DNA of 64,000 bases from an uncultured delta proteobacterium (GCA_963804165.1 CAWDPO010000017.1:160001-224000), one strand, 5' to 3'. Shown: positions 8,530 through 19,520, counted from the stretch's first letter. The notes: generated by a model not told the origin, from the sequence alone. Numbers and translations are program-made.

Positions 8530-10803
8530 TCACGCTTTTTTCTGCATCGCCGCGAGTACGCGTTTCGGCGTGAACGGTCCTTCCCGCAGTCTTAGGCCAA
8601 CGGCATCGAAAATCGCGTTGGCGATGGCCGCGGCGGGAGGAATGGTCGCGCCTTCGCCTGCGCCGAGCGGCGGTACTTCCGGTCGGTTGATCAGCACGAC
8701 TTCGAGTTCCGGCAGGTCGGGGAAGCGCAGGATCGGGTAAGTCGCCCAGTCGAGGCTAGTGACGGCGCCGTTGGAATCAAAAGTCACTTCTTCGAAGAGC
8801 GCGCGACTGACGCCCTGAATCACGTTTCCTTCGACCTGGTTTTTAACGCCGTCGGGGTTAATCATGAGACCGCAGTCATGGGAACAGACGATGCGCTTCA
8901 CGGCGACTTGGCCGGTCGTTTTGTTCACCTCTACTTCTGCGACGGTCGCCACGAAAGTGTTGGCGCGCTGCGTGAGGGCGATGCCGCGTCCTTTTGCGAT
9001 GTTGCCGCTTGCCGTAGGCGCCGGCGACGGCCGTTTTTGCCACCCGGCTTTATCGGCAGCGGCTTGGAGACATTCGATTGCGCGTTTGTTTCCGGTTAGA
9101 TTTTTGAGCCTGAAGTCGAGCGGATCGGCTCTCAAGTCCGCGGCGATTTCGTCGATGAGCGATTCACTGGCGAAACAACGGGCGATGTCGCCGGGCGCGC
9201 GCAGATTGCTGGTGCGCAAGGGAATCGGCTCCGGGAAATGCCAGTTGACCAGCTCGGCGACAATCTTCTGATTGGGCACCACGTAAATTTCACCGCTGCT
9301 CTGCGTGCCGTTGTTGCCGCCCGGATTGGTCGGCCGTATTCCGACTTGCAGCGATGCGAGCAGAGGCGTCGAACCAGAAGCGGTCCACGGCTGACCATAA
9401 TCGACAAAGTCCCACGCCGAGAGTCCCCCATCGGCATCAACCGCAGCTTTGGCTTCATCGAGCTGCGCTGGTCCTTTCGGTTCCCAACCATGTTCATCAC
9501 GACGCGACCACTGCACGCGCACTGGGGCTCCGACCGCGCGGGAAAGCAGCGCCGCGTCTTCGGCGCCGTCATCAGTGCTCATGCGGCCATAGGAACCCGA
9601 CGCTTCGTGATAGATGATGCGTACGTTCTGCTCCGGGATCTGCAGCAAAGTGGCCACGGTGCTGCGCGTCCGGAACGGTCCTTGCGGTCCGGACCAGACC
9701 GTCGCCTTGTCGCCTTTGACGTCGGCGATAGCGCAAGAGGGTCCGATCATGCCGTGCATTTGAAATGGCCAACGGAAGGTTGCTTGATAAGTTTTTTTCG
9801 CCTGGCTCAATGCGGTGGCTGTATTGCCTTTATCGACGGGCTTGGTCGTGCGCGCCGGTTTGGTGGTTTTCAAATAGTTGTAAAGCTCTTCAGGATTAGC
9901 CGGCACCTTACTGGTGGGTTTGGACCAAGTCACCTTCAGAGCCTGAGCAGCTTTGATCGCGGCCCACTCTGTTTTGGCGACGACGCCGACGAATTTCCCC
10001 TCGCGCGCGATCATGACGACTCCGGGAATGCCTTTAATCGAATCCTGATCGATGCTCACGGGTTCGGTGTTGATCACGGGCGGGCGCACGACCCGGCCGT
10101 GCAGCATGCCCGGGATCCGCACATCATGAATGTAGTCATGCTCACCGGTCACCTTGGCCGGCAGCTCGACTCGTTTGACCGATTGGCCGACGATTTTATA
10201 TTGCTTGGGATCTTTGGCCTTAACTTCCGGCGCAACTTTCATGTCCCAGCCGGTGCCGCTGGCGCTGATCTTCGTGTTGAACTTTTTGCCGCCGATCAAC
10301 TGGCCGTAGGAAACTTTTTTAGTAGCGTCACCGGCGACGGTGACGACTCCATCGATGACGGTCAATTTATCCACCGGCGCATCGAGGCGGGCGGCGGCAA
10401 GCTTGAGCAGCTCTTGGCGCGCCGCGGCGGCCGCTTGTCTGATCTGCGGCCCGGCGCGCTCGATGGTACGACTGCCGACAGTGGAGCCTTGCTCAATCGA
10501 TGACGAGGTATCGCCTTGAACCATCTTGATATTGGCGAATGGGACGTCCAGTTCTTCGGCGACGATTTGAGCCAAAGCTGTGATCGTGCCCGTGCCCAGC
10601 TCGACTTTGCTCGTGTAGAAAGTGACGAGACCGTCGGGCGTGATCGCCAGCCACGAGTCGAGAGAAGTTGGGTCGATGTCGCCGGAAGGTAGTTTGGCGA
10701 ACTGCGCGAACACTTTGCCGGCGGGCGGAAGGATGTTGAAGCTGACAATCAGGGCGCCGGTGGTTTTGAGAAATTGTCTGCGATTAAGTTCCAGGGTCTT
10801 CAT
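8530..10803 (-). CDS. Xanthine dehydrogenase family Mo-cofactor subunit (IorB-like), Tat signal
   Basis: NRRQFLK Tat motif; KVELGTG, GSYGR, LRAPG, HDCGLMINPDGVKNQVEG and GAGE motifs. Confidence 0.92.
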   Translation of the reverse strand: MKTLELNRRQFLKTTGALIVSFNILPPAGKVFAQFAKLPSGDIDPTSLDSWLAITPDGLVTFYTSKVELGTGTITALAQIVAEELDVPFANIKMVQGDTSSSIEQGSTVGSRTIERAGPQIRQAAAAARQELLKLAAARLDAPVDKLTVIDGVVTVAGDATKKVSYGQLIGGKKFNTKISASGTGWDMKVAPEVKAKDPKQYKIVGQSVKRVELPAKVTGEHDYIHDVRIPGMLHGRVVRPPVINTEPVSIDQDSIKGIPGVVMIAREGKFVGVVAKTEWAAIKAAQALKVTWSKPTSKVPANPEELYNYLKTTKPARTTKPVDKGNTATALSQAKKTYQATFRWPFQMHGMIGPSCAIADVKGDKATVWSGPQGPFRTRSTVATLLQIPEQNVRIIYHEASGSYGRMSTDDGAEDAALLSRAVGAPVRVQWSRRDEHGWEPKGPAQLDEAKAAVDADGGLSAWDFVDYGQPWTASGSTPLLASLQVGIRPTNPGGNNGTQSSGEIYVVPNQKIVAELVNWHFPEPIPLRTSNLRAPGDIARCFASESLIDEIAADLRADPLDFRLKNLTGNKRAIECLQAAADKAGWQKRPSPAPTASGNIAKGRGIALTQRANTFVATVAEVEVNKTTGQVAVKRIVCSHDCGLMINPDGVKNQVEGNVIQGVSRALFEEVTFDSNGAVTSLDWATYPILRFPDLPELEVVLINRPEVPPLGAGEGATIPPAAAIANAIFDAVGLRLREGPFTPKRVLAAMQKKA

Positions 10804-11241
10804 CGCTGAGCTCCTTTCCTTACACCAGCTGTCCCGACGCCCGTTTGACCGCTCTCAGGATGCGAAGATGGGTGCCGCAGCGGCACAGGTTCCCCGCCAG
10901 CGCTTCTTTGATCTGGCTGTCGGTGGGCTTGGGGTTTTTGTCGAGCAACGCTTTTGTGCTCATGATCATGCCGTTGATGCAGTAACCGCACTGCACCGCC
11001 TGTTCGTCGACGAAGGCCTGCTGGATTTTGTGCATTTTCTTCGTGGAGCCCAAGCCTTCGAGAGTCGTGACGGATTTATTCTGCGCGGCGCTGACGGGAG
11101 TGACACAGGAGCGGATGGCGTTGCCCTCCATGACGACGGTGCAGGCGCCGCATTGAGCGAGACCGCAGCCGAACTTGGGACCGTTCAATTGCAGATCGTT
11201 ACGCAGGGCGTAGAGGAGGGGCATGTCGGGCTCTGCGTCGA
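10736..11241 (+). repeat. 506-bp near-identical direct repeat, copy 1 (copy 2 at 22491-22996)
   Basis: Covers most of the 2Fe-2S gene and the first codons of the Mo subunit; only about 5 clustered differences seen by eye. Confidence 0.9.
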
Positions 11242-11284
11242 CGACTTGTGGCTTACCGTTCACTCGCAAGGATATTTTTGCCAT
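10820..11284 (-). CDS. (2Fe-2S)-binding small subunit (IorA/CoxS-like)
   Basis: GCGLAQCGAC, QCGYC and NLCRCG motifs. Confidence 0.95.
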   Translation of the reverse strand: MAKISLRVNGKPQVVDAEPDMPLLYALRNDLQLNGPKFGCGLAQCGACTVVMEGNAIRSCVTPVSAAQNKSVTTLEGLGSTKKMHKIQQAFVDEQAVQCGYCINGMIMSTKALLDKNPKPTDSQIKEALAGNLCRCGTHLRILRAVKRASGQLV

Positions 11285-11516
11285 AAGCGCACTCCTTTCG
11301 ATTTTCGTCTAAGGGTCGCAACAGTTTGCAGTAATCAGTTATCAGTGCCTCCGTTTGGAAAACGACGACTCTATAACATACTTGATGCCAGACAGCCATG
11401 GCGGAAATGGCGTCGCCACGAGCACGAACACGCTCACGATTTATGCCGCGACGCCATGAACAACCCTAGCGAAAGCTAACAACACGTCCCAACTATGTAC
11501 GTTCACGCCCCTTCGC

Positions 11517-12488
11517 CTATTTTCCGCTATTGAGCTGGCGCACGAAGCGATCATCGAAGAATTGCGCCGGCACAGCCTTCTTGGCTTCTGGAATGGTTTC
11601 CGACAGAAAATCCAGAATGCCTTGAACTCCCGGCTCGGAGATCATCAGCTCGCGCTTGAATCGCGCTTTGCGGTAAAACTCGTAGGTACGATCGATGATA
11701 TCGGGGTCGGTCTCTTTGGTATATTTGGCGATGACTTTCATGGTGAAGGGTTTGTCGCTGTAGTAGCGGTCGATGCCGGCGCGTACCGCGCGCAGCAGTG
11801 GCACCAAGCGGCCGGCCAATTCATCCATGCGGCCGCGCCTGATGACCACGCCGACATTTTGATAGGGCTGATCCAATGTAGTGGCCATGGAATGAAATCC
11901 GGCTCGATCGAGCTGGAAGCTCACCGGCGGAGCCGCTGAACCAGCGGCAACCTGGCTGGTTAGCAGTGCGGCGGCGATCTGCGCGCTCCCGCCCAGGATG
12001 CGCAGCTGAACATCTTTAGGAGTGAGTCCCAGTTTGCGCAACGCCACCAATGTGCCATACGCCACCGGACTCCCGGGTCGCTCTGTGCCGACAATTTTTC
12101 CTTTGAGTTGTTCGGCGCTCTTGATCTCTGGCCGTGCGTACAAATCCCATATCATCGTATTGAGCATTCCTGCGATGAAAACGACATCGAAGCCGCGCAG
12201 CGACGCGTTGATCAACGGGACCGCGGAGATTTGGACGGCATCGACCTCGTTGGCGATCAGCGCCGGCAGGGCGAGAGTCGAGGACATGGAAATCATCTCG
12301 ACGTCCAATCCCTCTTTAGCTAAACCGCCGGTCTCCTTGGCCATCCACATCGACGCCATCGTCCCCGATGTGAACAGGTACGCGATGCGCAGCGGCCGCA
12401 CCGCTGCCGAATAAGATTCGGAAGCTAGCGCGAATCCGAGCAGCAGGAAAATCGTCGAAACGATTTGCCCGCGTCGATTGATCCGCAT
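11517..12488 (-). CDS. ABC-type substrate-binding protein, NMT1/THI5/TauA family
   Basis: Signal peptide; WMAKETG..KEGLDVE, RPEIKSAEQLKGK and FFDDRFV motifs. Confidence 0.88.
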   Translation of the reverse strand: MRINRRGQIVSTIFLLLGFALASESYSAAVRPLRIAYLFTSGTMASMWMAKETGGLAKEGLDVEMISMSSTLALPALIANEVDAVQISAVPLINASLRGFDVVFIAGMLNTMIWDLYARPEIKSAEQLKGKIVGTERPGSPVAYGTLVALRKLGLTPKDVQLRILGGSAQIAAALLTSQVAAGSAAPPVSFQLDRAGFHSMATTLDQPYQNVGVVIRRGRMDELAGRLVPLLRAVRAGIDRYYSDKPFTMKVIAKYTKETDPDIIDRTYEFYRKARFKRELMISEPGVQGILDFLSETIPEAKKAVPAQFFDDRFVRQLNSGK

Positions 12489-12750
12489 GCGCGCGGTCTA
12501 ACATGGCGAGATGCAAGATTGCAACTTAGACGGCGGATCCTTTGTCGGTGTCTACAATTGCTGCGAAGGATGCCCCAGCCCTGACTTCATGCGTGACTGC
12601 GTTGATGGAGAATTCAATTTAGTCGTGATCGTCTGGCCAGAATTCAACGCTAGAGTACTCTTTTTACCATGATTGACAATTGTCTTGCGCGACACCCGCA
12701 TCACGTCCTACTTGTTATGGTAAGCCCAGTAGTCTTAGAATGATTTAGCA

Positions 12751-14511
12751 ATGAATACTGCCACCGCCCGCAATGAAGAATCCCGTCCGTCTGAGCTGAA
12801 GATGGATTCCAATCCAACCGGTCGTCATCCGTTGTGGTGGGCGTACGTGCTAGCGGTTGTCAGTACGTCGGCGACCATGATCTTACTTCTCAGTCTCGAT
12901 GCCTGGACGCCCAACCGGCCAACGCTGATCCTTTTTGTGATTCCGATCATACTTAGTGCGTATGTTGGCGGTGCCGGGCCGGGACTGCTCTCAACTGTTC
13001 TTGCCGCCGTGAGCACATACTTCTTTTCGAGACCGGCGGACGTCCTGTCTTATTTAATTTCATTTGATTTCGTCCAGTGGTTGACCTTGATCATTGCGGG
13101 CATACTCATCAGTTTACTCAACGAGGCCCTGCATCGATCCCGTCTTCGCGCCGAACTGAGCGAGAAGTTACGTCTTGCAGAGAATACCGCACGACTAGCC
13201 GTTACCGAGCAGCACCTGACCCTCGCACTCAATAGTGTCAACAAAAGATCGCAGCATCTCGCCGTGCTCAATACGATTGGAGCTGCAGTCAGCCAATCTC
13301 TCGATTTAAGCGTTATCGTTAAACAGGCCGTCGATAAGATCGCGGAGACGCTTGCTTTTGATGCGGTCTGGATTTATGAACTCGATCCCCGGACGAGAAT
13401 GTTGCGCATGATTGCCTATCATGGACTGAATGACGAGATGGCCAAAAGTATGGCAGAGCGCAGCATGGAAAGAGGTATCAGCGCACCCGTGCTAAAAACG
13501 GGCACGCGACTAGTCTTTGAGGACTTACAAAATGATGCTCGTTATCAGGGACTGAGTCGGGCAGGTACGGTTGCTTCGCTTGGTTTCAAAGCGGCTGCAG
13601 CGTTTCCGATTCGGACCAAGGACAAAATCATTGGGACGCTGCATGTGAGTAATCTTACAAAGCGTCAGTTCGCCTCGGAGGAACTACAGCTGCTCGAGTC
13701 CATCGCGCAGCAAGTCGGTGTCGCTTCGGAAAACGCTAGATTATTCGAAGAGCTCCGGGAGGCCAAAGAACGTGCGGAGTCATCCGATCGCGCCAAATCC
13801 GATTTCCTCGCTAATATGTCGCACGAGCTGCGTACCCCTTTAAATGCAATCATCGGCTTCTCTGAAATCCTCGTGGATGAGAAAGCTGGTCCTGTGAATC
13901 CGAACCAAAAGGAATTTCTAAGCGATATTTTGCAAAGCGGCCAGCACTTGCTCACGATTATTAACGACGTGCTTGATTTGGCCAAAGTTGCAAGCGGAAA
14001 ATTGGAAATGAAGGCTCAAAGTTTTTCGCTCAGGGAAGCAATTGCCGAGACATGCGGGATTGTTAAACCGATGGCGGATGACAGAAATGTTACCATAAAC
14101 GTTGATACGCCCGTCGAGAACGATATCGTCACCGTAGATCCGCTCAGGTTCAAGCAGGTTCTCTATAACCTGTTGTCGAACGCAATTAAGTATAACTACG
14201 ATAATGGCGACGTCAAAGTTGTGGTCTCCGTCGACGAACAAAAAGAGATCCGGTTACAAGTAAAGGACACAGGTATAGGTATTAAAGAAGAGGATTTGCC
14301 GCTCATCTTTGACGATTTTATCCAACTCAATATAACCACCGCGAAAGTTCAACAAGGAACGGGGCTGGGTCTCGCGCTAACTAAAAAAATCCTCGAATTA
14401 CAAAAGGGCTCAATTACTGCCGAGAGCGAAATTGGCCACGGAAGCACGTTTACCGTCGTTCTTCCACTTGCTTCAGAGCCCACCCAACAAGGCCGTGAAC
14501 ATGGCGGTTGA
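12751..14511 (+). CDS. Membrane sensor histidine kinase (DUF4118-like TM region, GAF, HisKA, HATPase)
   Basis: KSDFLANMSHELRTPLNAIIGF H-box, NLLSNAIKY, DTGIGI and GTGLGL. No response regulator is adjacent. Confidence 0.92.
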   Translation: MNTATARNEESRPSELKMDSNPTGRHPLWWAYVLAVVSTSATMILLLSLDAWTPNRPTLILFVIPIILSAYVGGAGPGLLSTVLAAVSTYFFSRPADVLSYLISFDFVQWLTLIIAGILISLLNEALHRSRLRAELSEKLRLAENTARLAVTEQHLTLALNSVNKRSQHLAVLNTIGAAVSQSLDLSVIVKQAVDKIAETLAFDAVWIYELDPRTRMLRMIAYHGLNDEMAKSMAERSMERGISAPVLKTGTRLVFEDLQNDARYQGLSRAGTVASLGFKAAAAFPIRTKDKIIGTLHVSNLTKRQFASEELQLLESIAQQVGVASENARLFEELREAKERAESSDRAKSDFLANMSHELRTPLNAIIGFSEILVDEKAGPVNPNQKEFLSDILQSGQHLLTIINDVLDLAKVASGKLEMKAQSFSLREAIAETCGIVKPMADDRNVTINVDTPVENDIVTVDPLRFKQVLYNLLSNAIKYNYDNGDVKVVVSVDEQKEIRLQVKDTGIGIKEEDLPLIFDDFIQLNITTAKVQQGTGLGLALTKKILELQKGSITAESEIGHGSTFTVVLPLASEPTQQGREHGG

Positions 14512-14698
14512 CACGGCAATATCGAACTCAAAACACCCTTAGAATACAGAATATGACGCCTGCCTAGTCAGTGTCAGTCCTGTCACGGGATTGACAACTG
14601 GAGAGTCAGTTGTCACGCCAAATAGTAGAGAATTCCACTTCTTACCCGGTGGACTGTTTGTTGCTTAAGCAGGGTTAGTATCCGACAGGAGAAACGAT

Positions 14699-14938
14699 AT
14701 GCGGACATTGCCTGACACTGAACTCCAAGCGACGCTTTTGAGGGAGATCATCGAAGTGAATGAAAAGAAGCAGAAGCTCGAAGAGAGTCTCAGGACAGCG
14801 GATGTGCAGAGCAAGTTGCTCATAGATAGCGCCGCGCGGAAGGATATCGAGGCGTATAAGAACCGTCATGGGGTTGCAGAGGTTGCCTACTTCGCAATGA
14901 TGGCCTCGGATAATGTACGCAAACAAATTCGAAAGTGA
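14699..14938 (+). CDS. Hypothetical protein
   Basis: 79-aa ORF preceded by AGGAG. Confidence 0.5.
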   Translation: MRTLPDTELQATLLREIIEVNEKKQKLEESLRTADVQSKLLIDSAARKDIEAYKNRHGVAEVAYFAMMASDNVRKQIRK

Positions 14939-14948
14939 GGGCGAGACA

Positions 14949-15095
14949 ATGGAAGCCGAAAGGGACGATGGGTGTAGCTGCCCACGGTGTCACGACCACA
15001 TTCCCGAGCAGTTCTACTGCCGCAACTGCGGCTACGTGCCGAACTGGCGGCAGAGGGCGTACGAGGAGGCCGAGGCATGCAGGGAAGCAGCCTAG
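14949..15095 (+). CDS. Small Cys-rich (zinc-ribbon) hypothetical protein
   Basis: CPRCHD...YCRNCGY, with GAGG upstream. Confidence 0.5.
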   Translation: MEAERDDGCSCPRCHDHIPEQFYCRNCGYVPNWRQRAYEEAEACREAA

Positions 15096-15480
15096 GCTTG
15101 AGCTAAATAACGGGTTTACGCGGGTGTCAGAATGTCGACAGAGTAGTCAAAGAGCAGCCTGTCGCATGAATTCCAGTCCCCTCAGAAGAGTCTTCAACGT
15201 CAAAAATCGCCCAATTTCCTTTATCGACCTCCACCATAACTCAGTCGCATTCTTGCCGCCAAAAGTCACGATGTTCGGTAGTGTCCTAATTTGAAATTCA
15301 AATTCTACGACTTGCTGAGTACCTGCAGTTTTTTAAGGTGTTAGACAAATCAGTTCAATCCTCAGGGATAACGTCTTCGGTGAGAGGCACGATTCATCGC
15401 GTCCTTCTCCACCCGATGGTTCGGCAACATTGACGATGTTCAGACAGAGCGCGTGCGGGATGAAAGAGACTCAATTCCCC

Positions 15481-16420
15481 TTAATCCCAATCTCCTTCTG
15501 CGCCTCTCTGAGAATCGAGATCCGCAACTTCGCTTAATGCAACCTCGCGGTTTACCCACGCTAACTCTTTAATCTCCTCGATTATCAGTCGAAAGCCGTT
15601 TTCTGACAGGCTTCCACTGTCATTGGTGGCTTTCGATAAAAACTCGTATGTTCCTGTGGCTATTTCTCTATCGATCCTCTGCCACTCCATCAGAAACTGA
15701 ATCGTTCCGTCGCGATTTGTCCTGATATAGTGGCTGGCCTTGATGCCGCCTCTGATAACTCGCTTGACTTCGTCGGGTTTTCCTCTGATTTTCATTGTCG
15801 TGGTGATCAGACCACCCTCGGGATAGGTGAATATCTCATAGGCTCGCGCGAGGACATTCAATCAATCCCAACTTTCTTGCCTGAAGATCGAGGGGGACCG
15901 GGACTACCGTTGCGTCGATAACCCTGCTGGAGACGGGCAAGACGGCCTTCGGTAAGACGTCCGAAGCGAACTTTACGTCTTTCTGCGGCTCCAGACCAAA
16001 ATGCTTGACGATCAATCGCGCATGGCGATCAGGACCACCCCCAGGAGTCCCGATCACAATTGTTTTTCCCTTAAGCTCTCTAACGGTTTTGAGATCACCA
16101 CGGGCCACGAGCGTCTGCGAGCTGCCTTGTATATAGGAGGCAACGACTTTAAGTGGTAGACCTTGGATCGCTCCCCGTATAGCACTGATGCCTGTAATAT
16201 AATCGGCTTCTCCGCTAGTCAGCGCCGCCACTGCGACAGTGCTGGACATCCGAACGATCTCGGCTTCGAATCCCTCCTCTTTCAAGAATCCTTTCTTCTG
16301 CGCTAGAGGGAAAGGGGTAGAACTGGCTCCTGGAGCAAAACCCATCCTGATCTTATCTGCCGCATGAGCCGAGGCCTGAAAAACACAAATCGCGAGAAAA
16401 ACTGCAAAAAACATAGGCAT
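15481..16420 (-). pseudogene. NMT1/THI5-family SBP, multiply frameshifted
   Basis: Two overlapping ORFs (15836-16420 and 15481-15861) each carry part of an SBP; the C-terminus is also degraded. Confidence 0.75.
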
Positions 16421-16553
16421 TGGATACCCCTATCCGACTGTCTGCCTCCTGTTAAATGACCCGCTTTAGGAGATGACAAACGCCGGTCCGCCTATCTCAT
16501 ATAGCGGCTCCAATTTTCAAACCGAAATCGTTCGCAATATCCTTCGTTTGCCA

Positions 16554-17270
16554 TCAAGATGGGGGTGCTGATGGATGCTGCGTTTTTTCTCTTTGCATGA
16601 CATTATATGCAAAATACAACTGCCTATCAGCGCGCAATACTTTCACCGTTAGCTTGTCCCCAGGATGTTTTGTGCTCATGATCCTGAAGATAGAGAACGG
16701 CTCCGTTATCTCACTACCATCGAGTTCGATCAGTATATCGCCATTTCGCACGCCCGCATCCGCCGCTGTTCCCCTAACGCCGACGATCCGCAACGGCCTT
16801 GCCGTCCAATCTACTGCGATCCCCGCGACAGTATCCGAGAGCTTTACAAATCCTTTGCGCTCAGCGTCTCGCACGCAACTCTCTCTGTTTTCGGGGGAAC
16901 ACGAAAGCGTACTGCCTTCGCTATTTATGAGTGAGACGGTCTCGGGCGAATCGCGGTTCGATTGAGAAAATAGAAGAATTGCAACGGCCAAAATAATAAG
17001 ACCTACTGCAGCCGCTAATATCAGTCCAGCGATCAGCTTGGGTTTTCGTTTAAGTTCAGTTGGATTAGCCCGCTGCTCGACAACCTCGCTTCTTTGCTTG
17101 ATGGCGCGAAAATCTTTACGTTCATTCTCTGCTTTGACCTCACTGTCCTCGCCGAGCGTGTCATTCTTCATAACAGACATTTGCTGTTTCGAAGGCGCAC
17201 CACAATGCGGACAAGCAGCAGCGCTTGTGCTGACTTTGTCTCCACATTCATAACATGCTATCAGCGCCAT
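16554..17270 (-). CDS. Zinc ribbon - TM - PDZ domain protein
   Basis: MALIACYECG..A.ACPHCG, one TM helix, and the PDZ motif AADAGVRNGDILIELDG. Confidence 0.75.
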   Translation of the reverse strand: MALIACYECGDKVSTSAAACPHCGAPSKQQMSVMKNDTLGEDSEVKAENERKDFRAIKQRSEVVEQRANPTELKRKPKLIAGLILAAAVGLIILAVAILLFSQSNRDSPETVSLINSEGSTLSCSPENRESCVRDAERKGFVKLSDTVAGIAVDWTARPLRIVGVRGTAADAGVRNGDILIELDGSEITEPFSIFRIMSTKHPGDKLTVKVLRADRQLYFAYNVMQREKTQHPSAPPS

Positions 17271-17296
17271 AGTTGATGTCGGTTTTTCCAGGAAAA

Positions 17297-17377
17297 CGGG
17301 GTCAGAGTGAGCTGCCCCCACTTTGTGCACATATTTAAGAGGCAAAAATTACATAATTAATTAAGTGTCTGACACCG
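17297..17377. repeat. GGGGTCAGA-type REP-like inverted repeat
   Basis: CGGGGTCAGAG ... TCTGACACCG around an AT-rich spacer. Confidence 0.45.
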
Positions 17378-17548
17378 ATCCCGTTGCTAGATTACTTCAG
17401 AGCGCTGTTCAGAACATTCGCCAGGCGGACTCCGGCTTTCCTTAGGTTTTCGCGCGTTGCGGGTAATGCTCGATTATCCTATGTGGCGTCGAGCCGCGCG
17501 ACGTTGTCGCCGTGGTGTCCTAGAACACATGTCTGCGTTGACCGGCGG

Positions 17549-18178
17549 TTAACTGTAAACCACACTTTGCATCGACGTAAAATCATGGTGTTCCAAGAGA
17601 TGGACGATGGCCCGCACGATTTTCTCTCCTCCCAAAACGGACGGCTCTATCGGTGATATCTCTGAATAGTCCGTAGGCTCAGTGCAGCGTAGGCGCAGGT
17701 CGATAACCGGCAGATTCGCCAGAAACGCTTCACGTAGAATGATCTCGTTGAACATAGACAGCGCCGTCAAGGCGCTGCGCTGTAAGCCAGGGACCGAATC
17801 GTACACCGTACAGACGGCCACCGGCCTTTTTAGGCTTAATACGTGCGTTAGCATGCGGCGATAGTCGAGCTGGAATTCCTGCCGAATATTGGCAAATGTT
17901 TCCAATACGCCTGCTACCGAGTGGGCCGTTTCTTGAAGAATATTGATGTGGCTCAGCGCGTCATTGCCGCCGCAGCTTATCATCAAGTGAGTCGCATCCT
18001 TGGGCAGTTGGGGTGTTTGTCTGATTACATCAGTAGTAGCGTCGCCATCCACGGCGAGCAGAGTGGCATGCCAGTTTTCGGATAGCGCGCCTCGAAGTTG
18101 TTCGATAACGGGCGCCCCGCCGGGAACATAGGTGGCGTTATCGAAAATCGAATCGCCGAGCAAAACCACGTGATTCAT
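17549..18178 (-). CDS. SGNH/GDSL hydrolase
   Basis: LLGDSIFDN and GGNDAL motifs. Confidence 0.88.
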   Translation of the reverse strand: MNHVVLLGDSIFDNATYVPGGAPVIEQLRGALSENWHATLLAVDGDATTDVIRQTPQLPKDATHLMISCGGNDALSHINILQETAHSVAGVLETFANIRQEFQLDYRRMLTHVLSLKRPVAVCTVYDSVPGLQRSALTALSMFNEIILREAFLANLPVIDLRLRCTEPTDYSEISPIEPSVLGGEKIVRAIVHLLEHHDFTSMQSVVYS

Positions 18179-18380
18179 AGACGACCTATTCTCAGTCTTG
18201 GTGGACGGGAATGCCTCGAGTTTGCAATATATCTTTCCCGTCTGTCAAACCTCACTCCAAAATCAAATCTCGCACTTAGACGAAACCGGGGATAATACGT
18301 GCATGAAATCGGCGATTGTCACTTCACTTGAGGAGCGTTGTTTAATACAGAGCTGCAACCGATCTTGTTCGGCGGCATCT

Positions 18381-18770
18381 TTATCGCTTGGAGAACAACG
18401 ACGGCAAGCTTCCAACCAGCGCTCCTGCGGATGAACAAACGATCCCGACGACCGCTGCAATGATTAACTCTAGAGGCCATAGATTATGCGAAGTCGGATC
18501 GTTTGCCGTCTCAATAGCGACCCGCGCCAAAACCGCGGCGGGCACCGCTGCACCCACAACAAAGACAACGGCCACGAAGCGCGCTTTACTAAACGCGCGC
18601 GCGGCAGCGGCTAGAACGCCAACGCCGAGCAAACCCGCACCATACAATGTGTCCGGCAGCGAAACCTTCGCATAGGCGACCTGCCAATAGGGAAAACCGA
18701 CGACAAAGAAGCCGACCACGAAGGCGGCGGCCAGCCAATAATTGGCGGTAGTCTTAGCAATCTTGTTCAT
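18381..18770 (-). CDS. Hypothetical 4-TM membrane protein (DPTSHNLWP motif)
   Basis: Four hydrophobic segments. Confidence 0.7.
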   Translation of the reverse strand: MNKIAKTTANYWLAAAFVVGFFVVGFPYWQVAYAKVSLPDTLYGAGLLGVGVLAAAARAFSKARFVAVVFVVGAAVPAAVLARVAIETANDPTSHNLWPLELIIAAVVGIVCSSAGALVGSLPSLFSKR

Positions 18771-18825
18771 CCAATTTCCAAACCACCCGACGCCAACTAT
18801 TGATCGTGGTGATTAGCATGACGAC

Positions 18826-18868
18826 GGCGACAAGCAACTTTTTGAAAGTCGAAAAGCAGCCAGTCCCC
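18826..18868. repeat. Degenerate copy of the RAYT-associated REP hairpin
   Basis: GGCGACAAGCAACTTTTTG...GAAAAGCAGCCAGTCCCC, similar to 8474-8520. Confidence 0.7.
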
Positions 18869-18871
18869 AAG

Positions 18872-19005
18872 TTACGCTTTTTCAGTCCCGCTACCACGCG
18901 CTGTTGGTCGGTGGCCCGGCGCGCGACCGCTGGCGCGGGCTTCTCGACGAGATGCCACGACAAGACGGCAAAAAGCAGCGACGGCGGGACGAATAGGATC
19001 ATCAA
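18872..19005 (-). pseudogene. Acyltransferase-3 (OafA-like) C-terminal fragment
   Basis: SLLFAVLSWHLVEKP motif only. Confidence 0.5.
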
Positions 19006-19084
19006 GCCGCTTCATTCCCGCCGGCATCTGGAACGACCAGTTTGACGGTACCCTATTTGAATCCAATGTGCCCACGGCAACCTC

Positions 19085-19520
19085 TTACTCGGAATTTCGA
19101 CGGGACGCACGCAACAGTTGTCGAAACGCCTCAACCGATAGGCTGGCTGGCGGCCGACGCTCGCGAGCGAATGGGTTCGCCAAGTCTTGGAGCCGCGCGT
19201 TGAGGGGTGTCGGGACGCCGTGCAAACGGCCCAGCAAGACAATCTCGCCGTTGAGGAAATCGGTTTCAATCGAGCCCGTGGCGCGGGCCAGACTCTGCCA
19301 GGACGAATCTCCGAGCGTACGAACTCCGTTCAATACGCCGCGAGCACGATTCCACACGTCCGACTCCGAAGCGTACGCAATCCCGGCTGCTCGATAGCAG
19401 GACTCGGCTTCCATGCGGAGCTCCACCAAAAGATCACTGTAGTTTCCGTCAGGGCCGCATAGCGCCCGAAGGACATTCTTCAGGTTCACGAGGAGCTTCC
19501 CGTACTGCCACAGAAAACGG
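19085..19520 (-). pseudogene. Ketopantoate reductase (ApbA/PanE) C-terminal fragment
   Basis: YGKLLVNL, SSWQSLAR, ETDFLNGEIV and GVPTPLN; no Rossmann N-terminus. Confidence 0.7.

Noticed and set aside
9238-10503. Long antisense ORFs over the Mo-enzyme and other genes (also 10622-11479, 21788-22564, 25108-25941)
   Set aside because: Typical high-GC shadow frames overlapping well-supported genes
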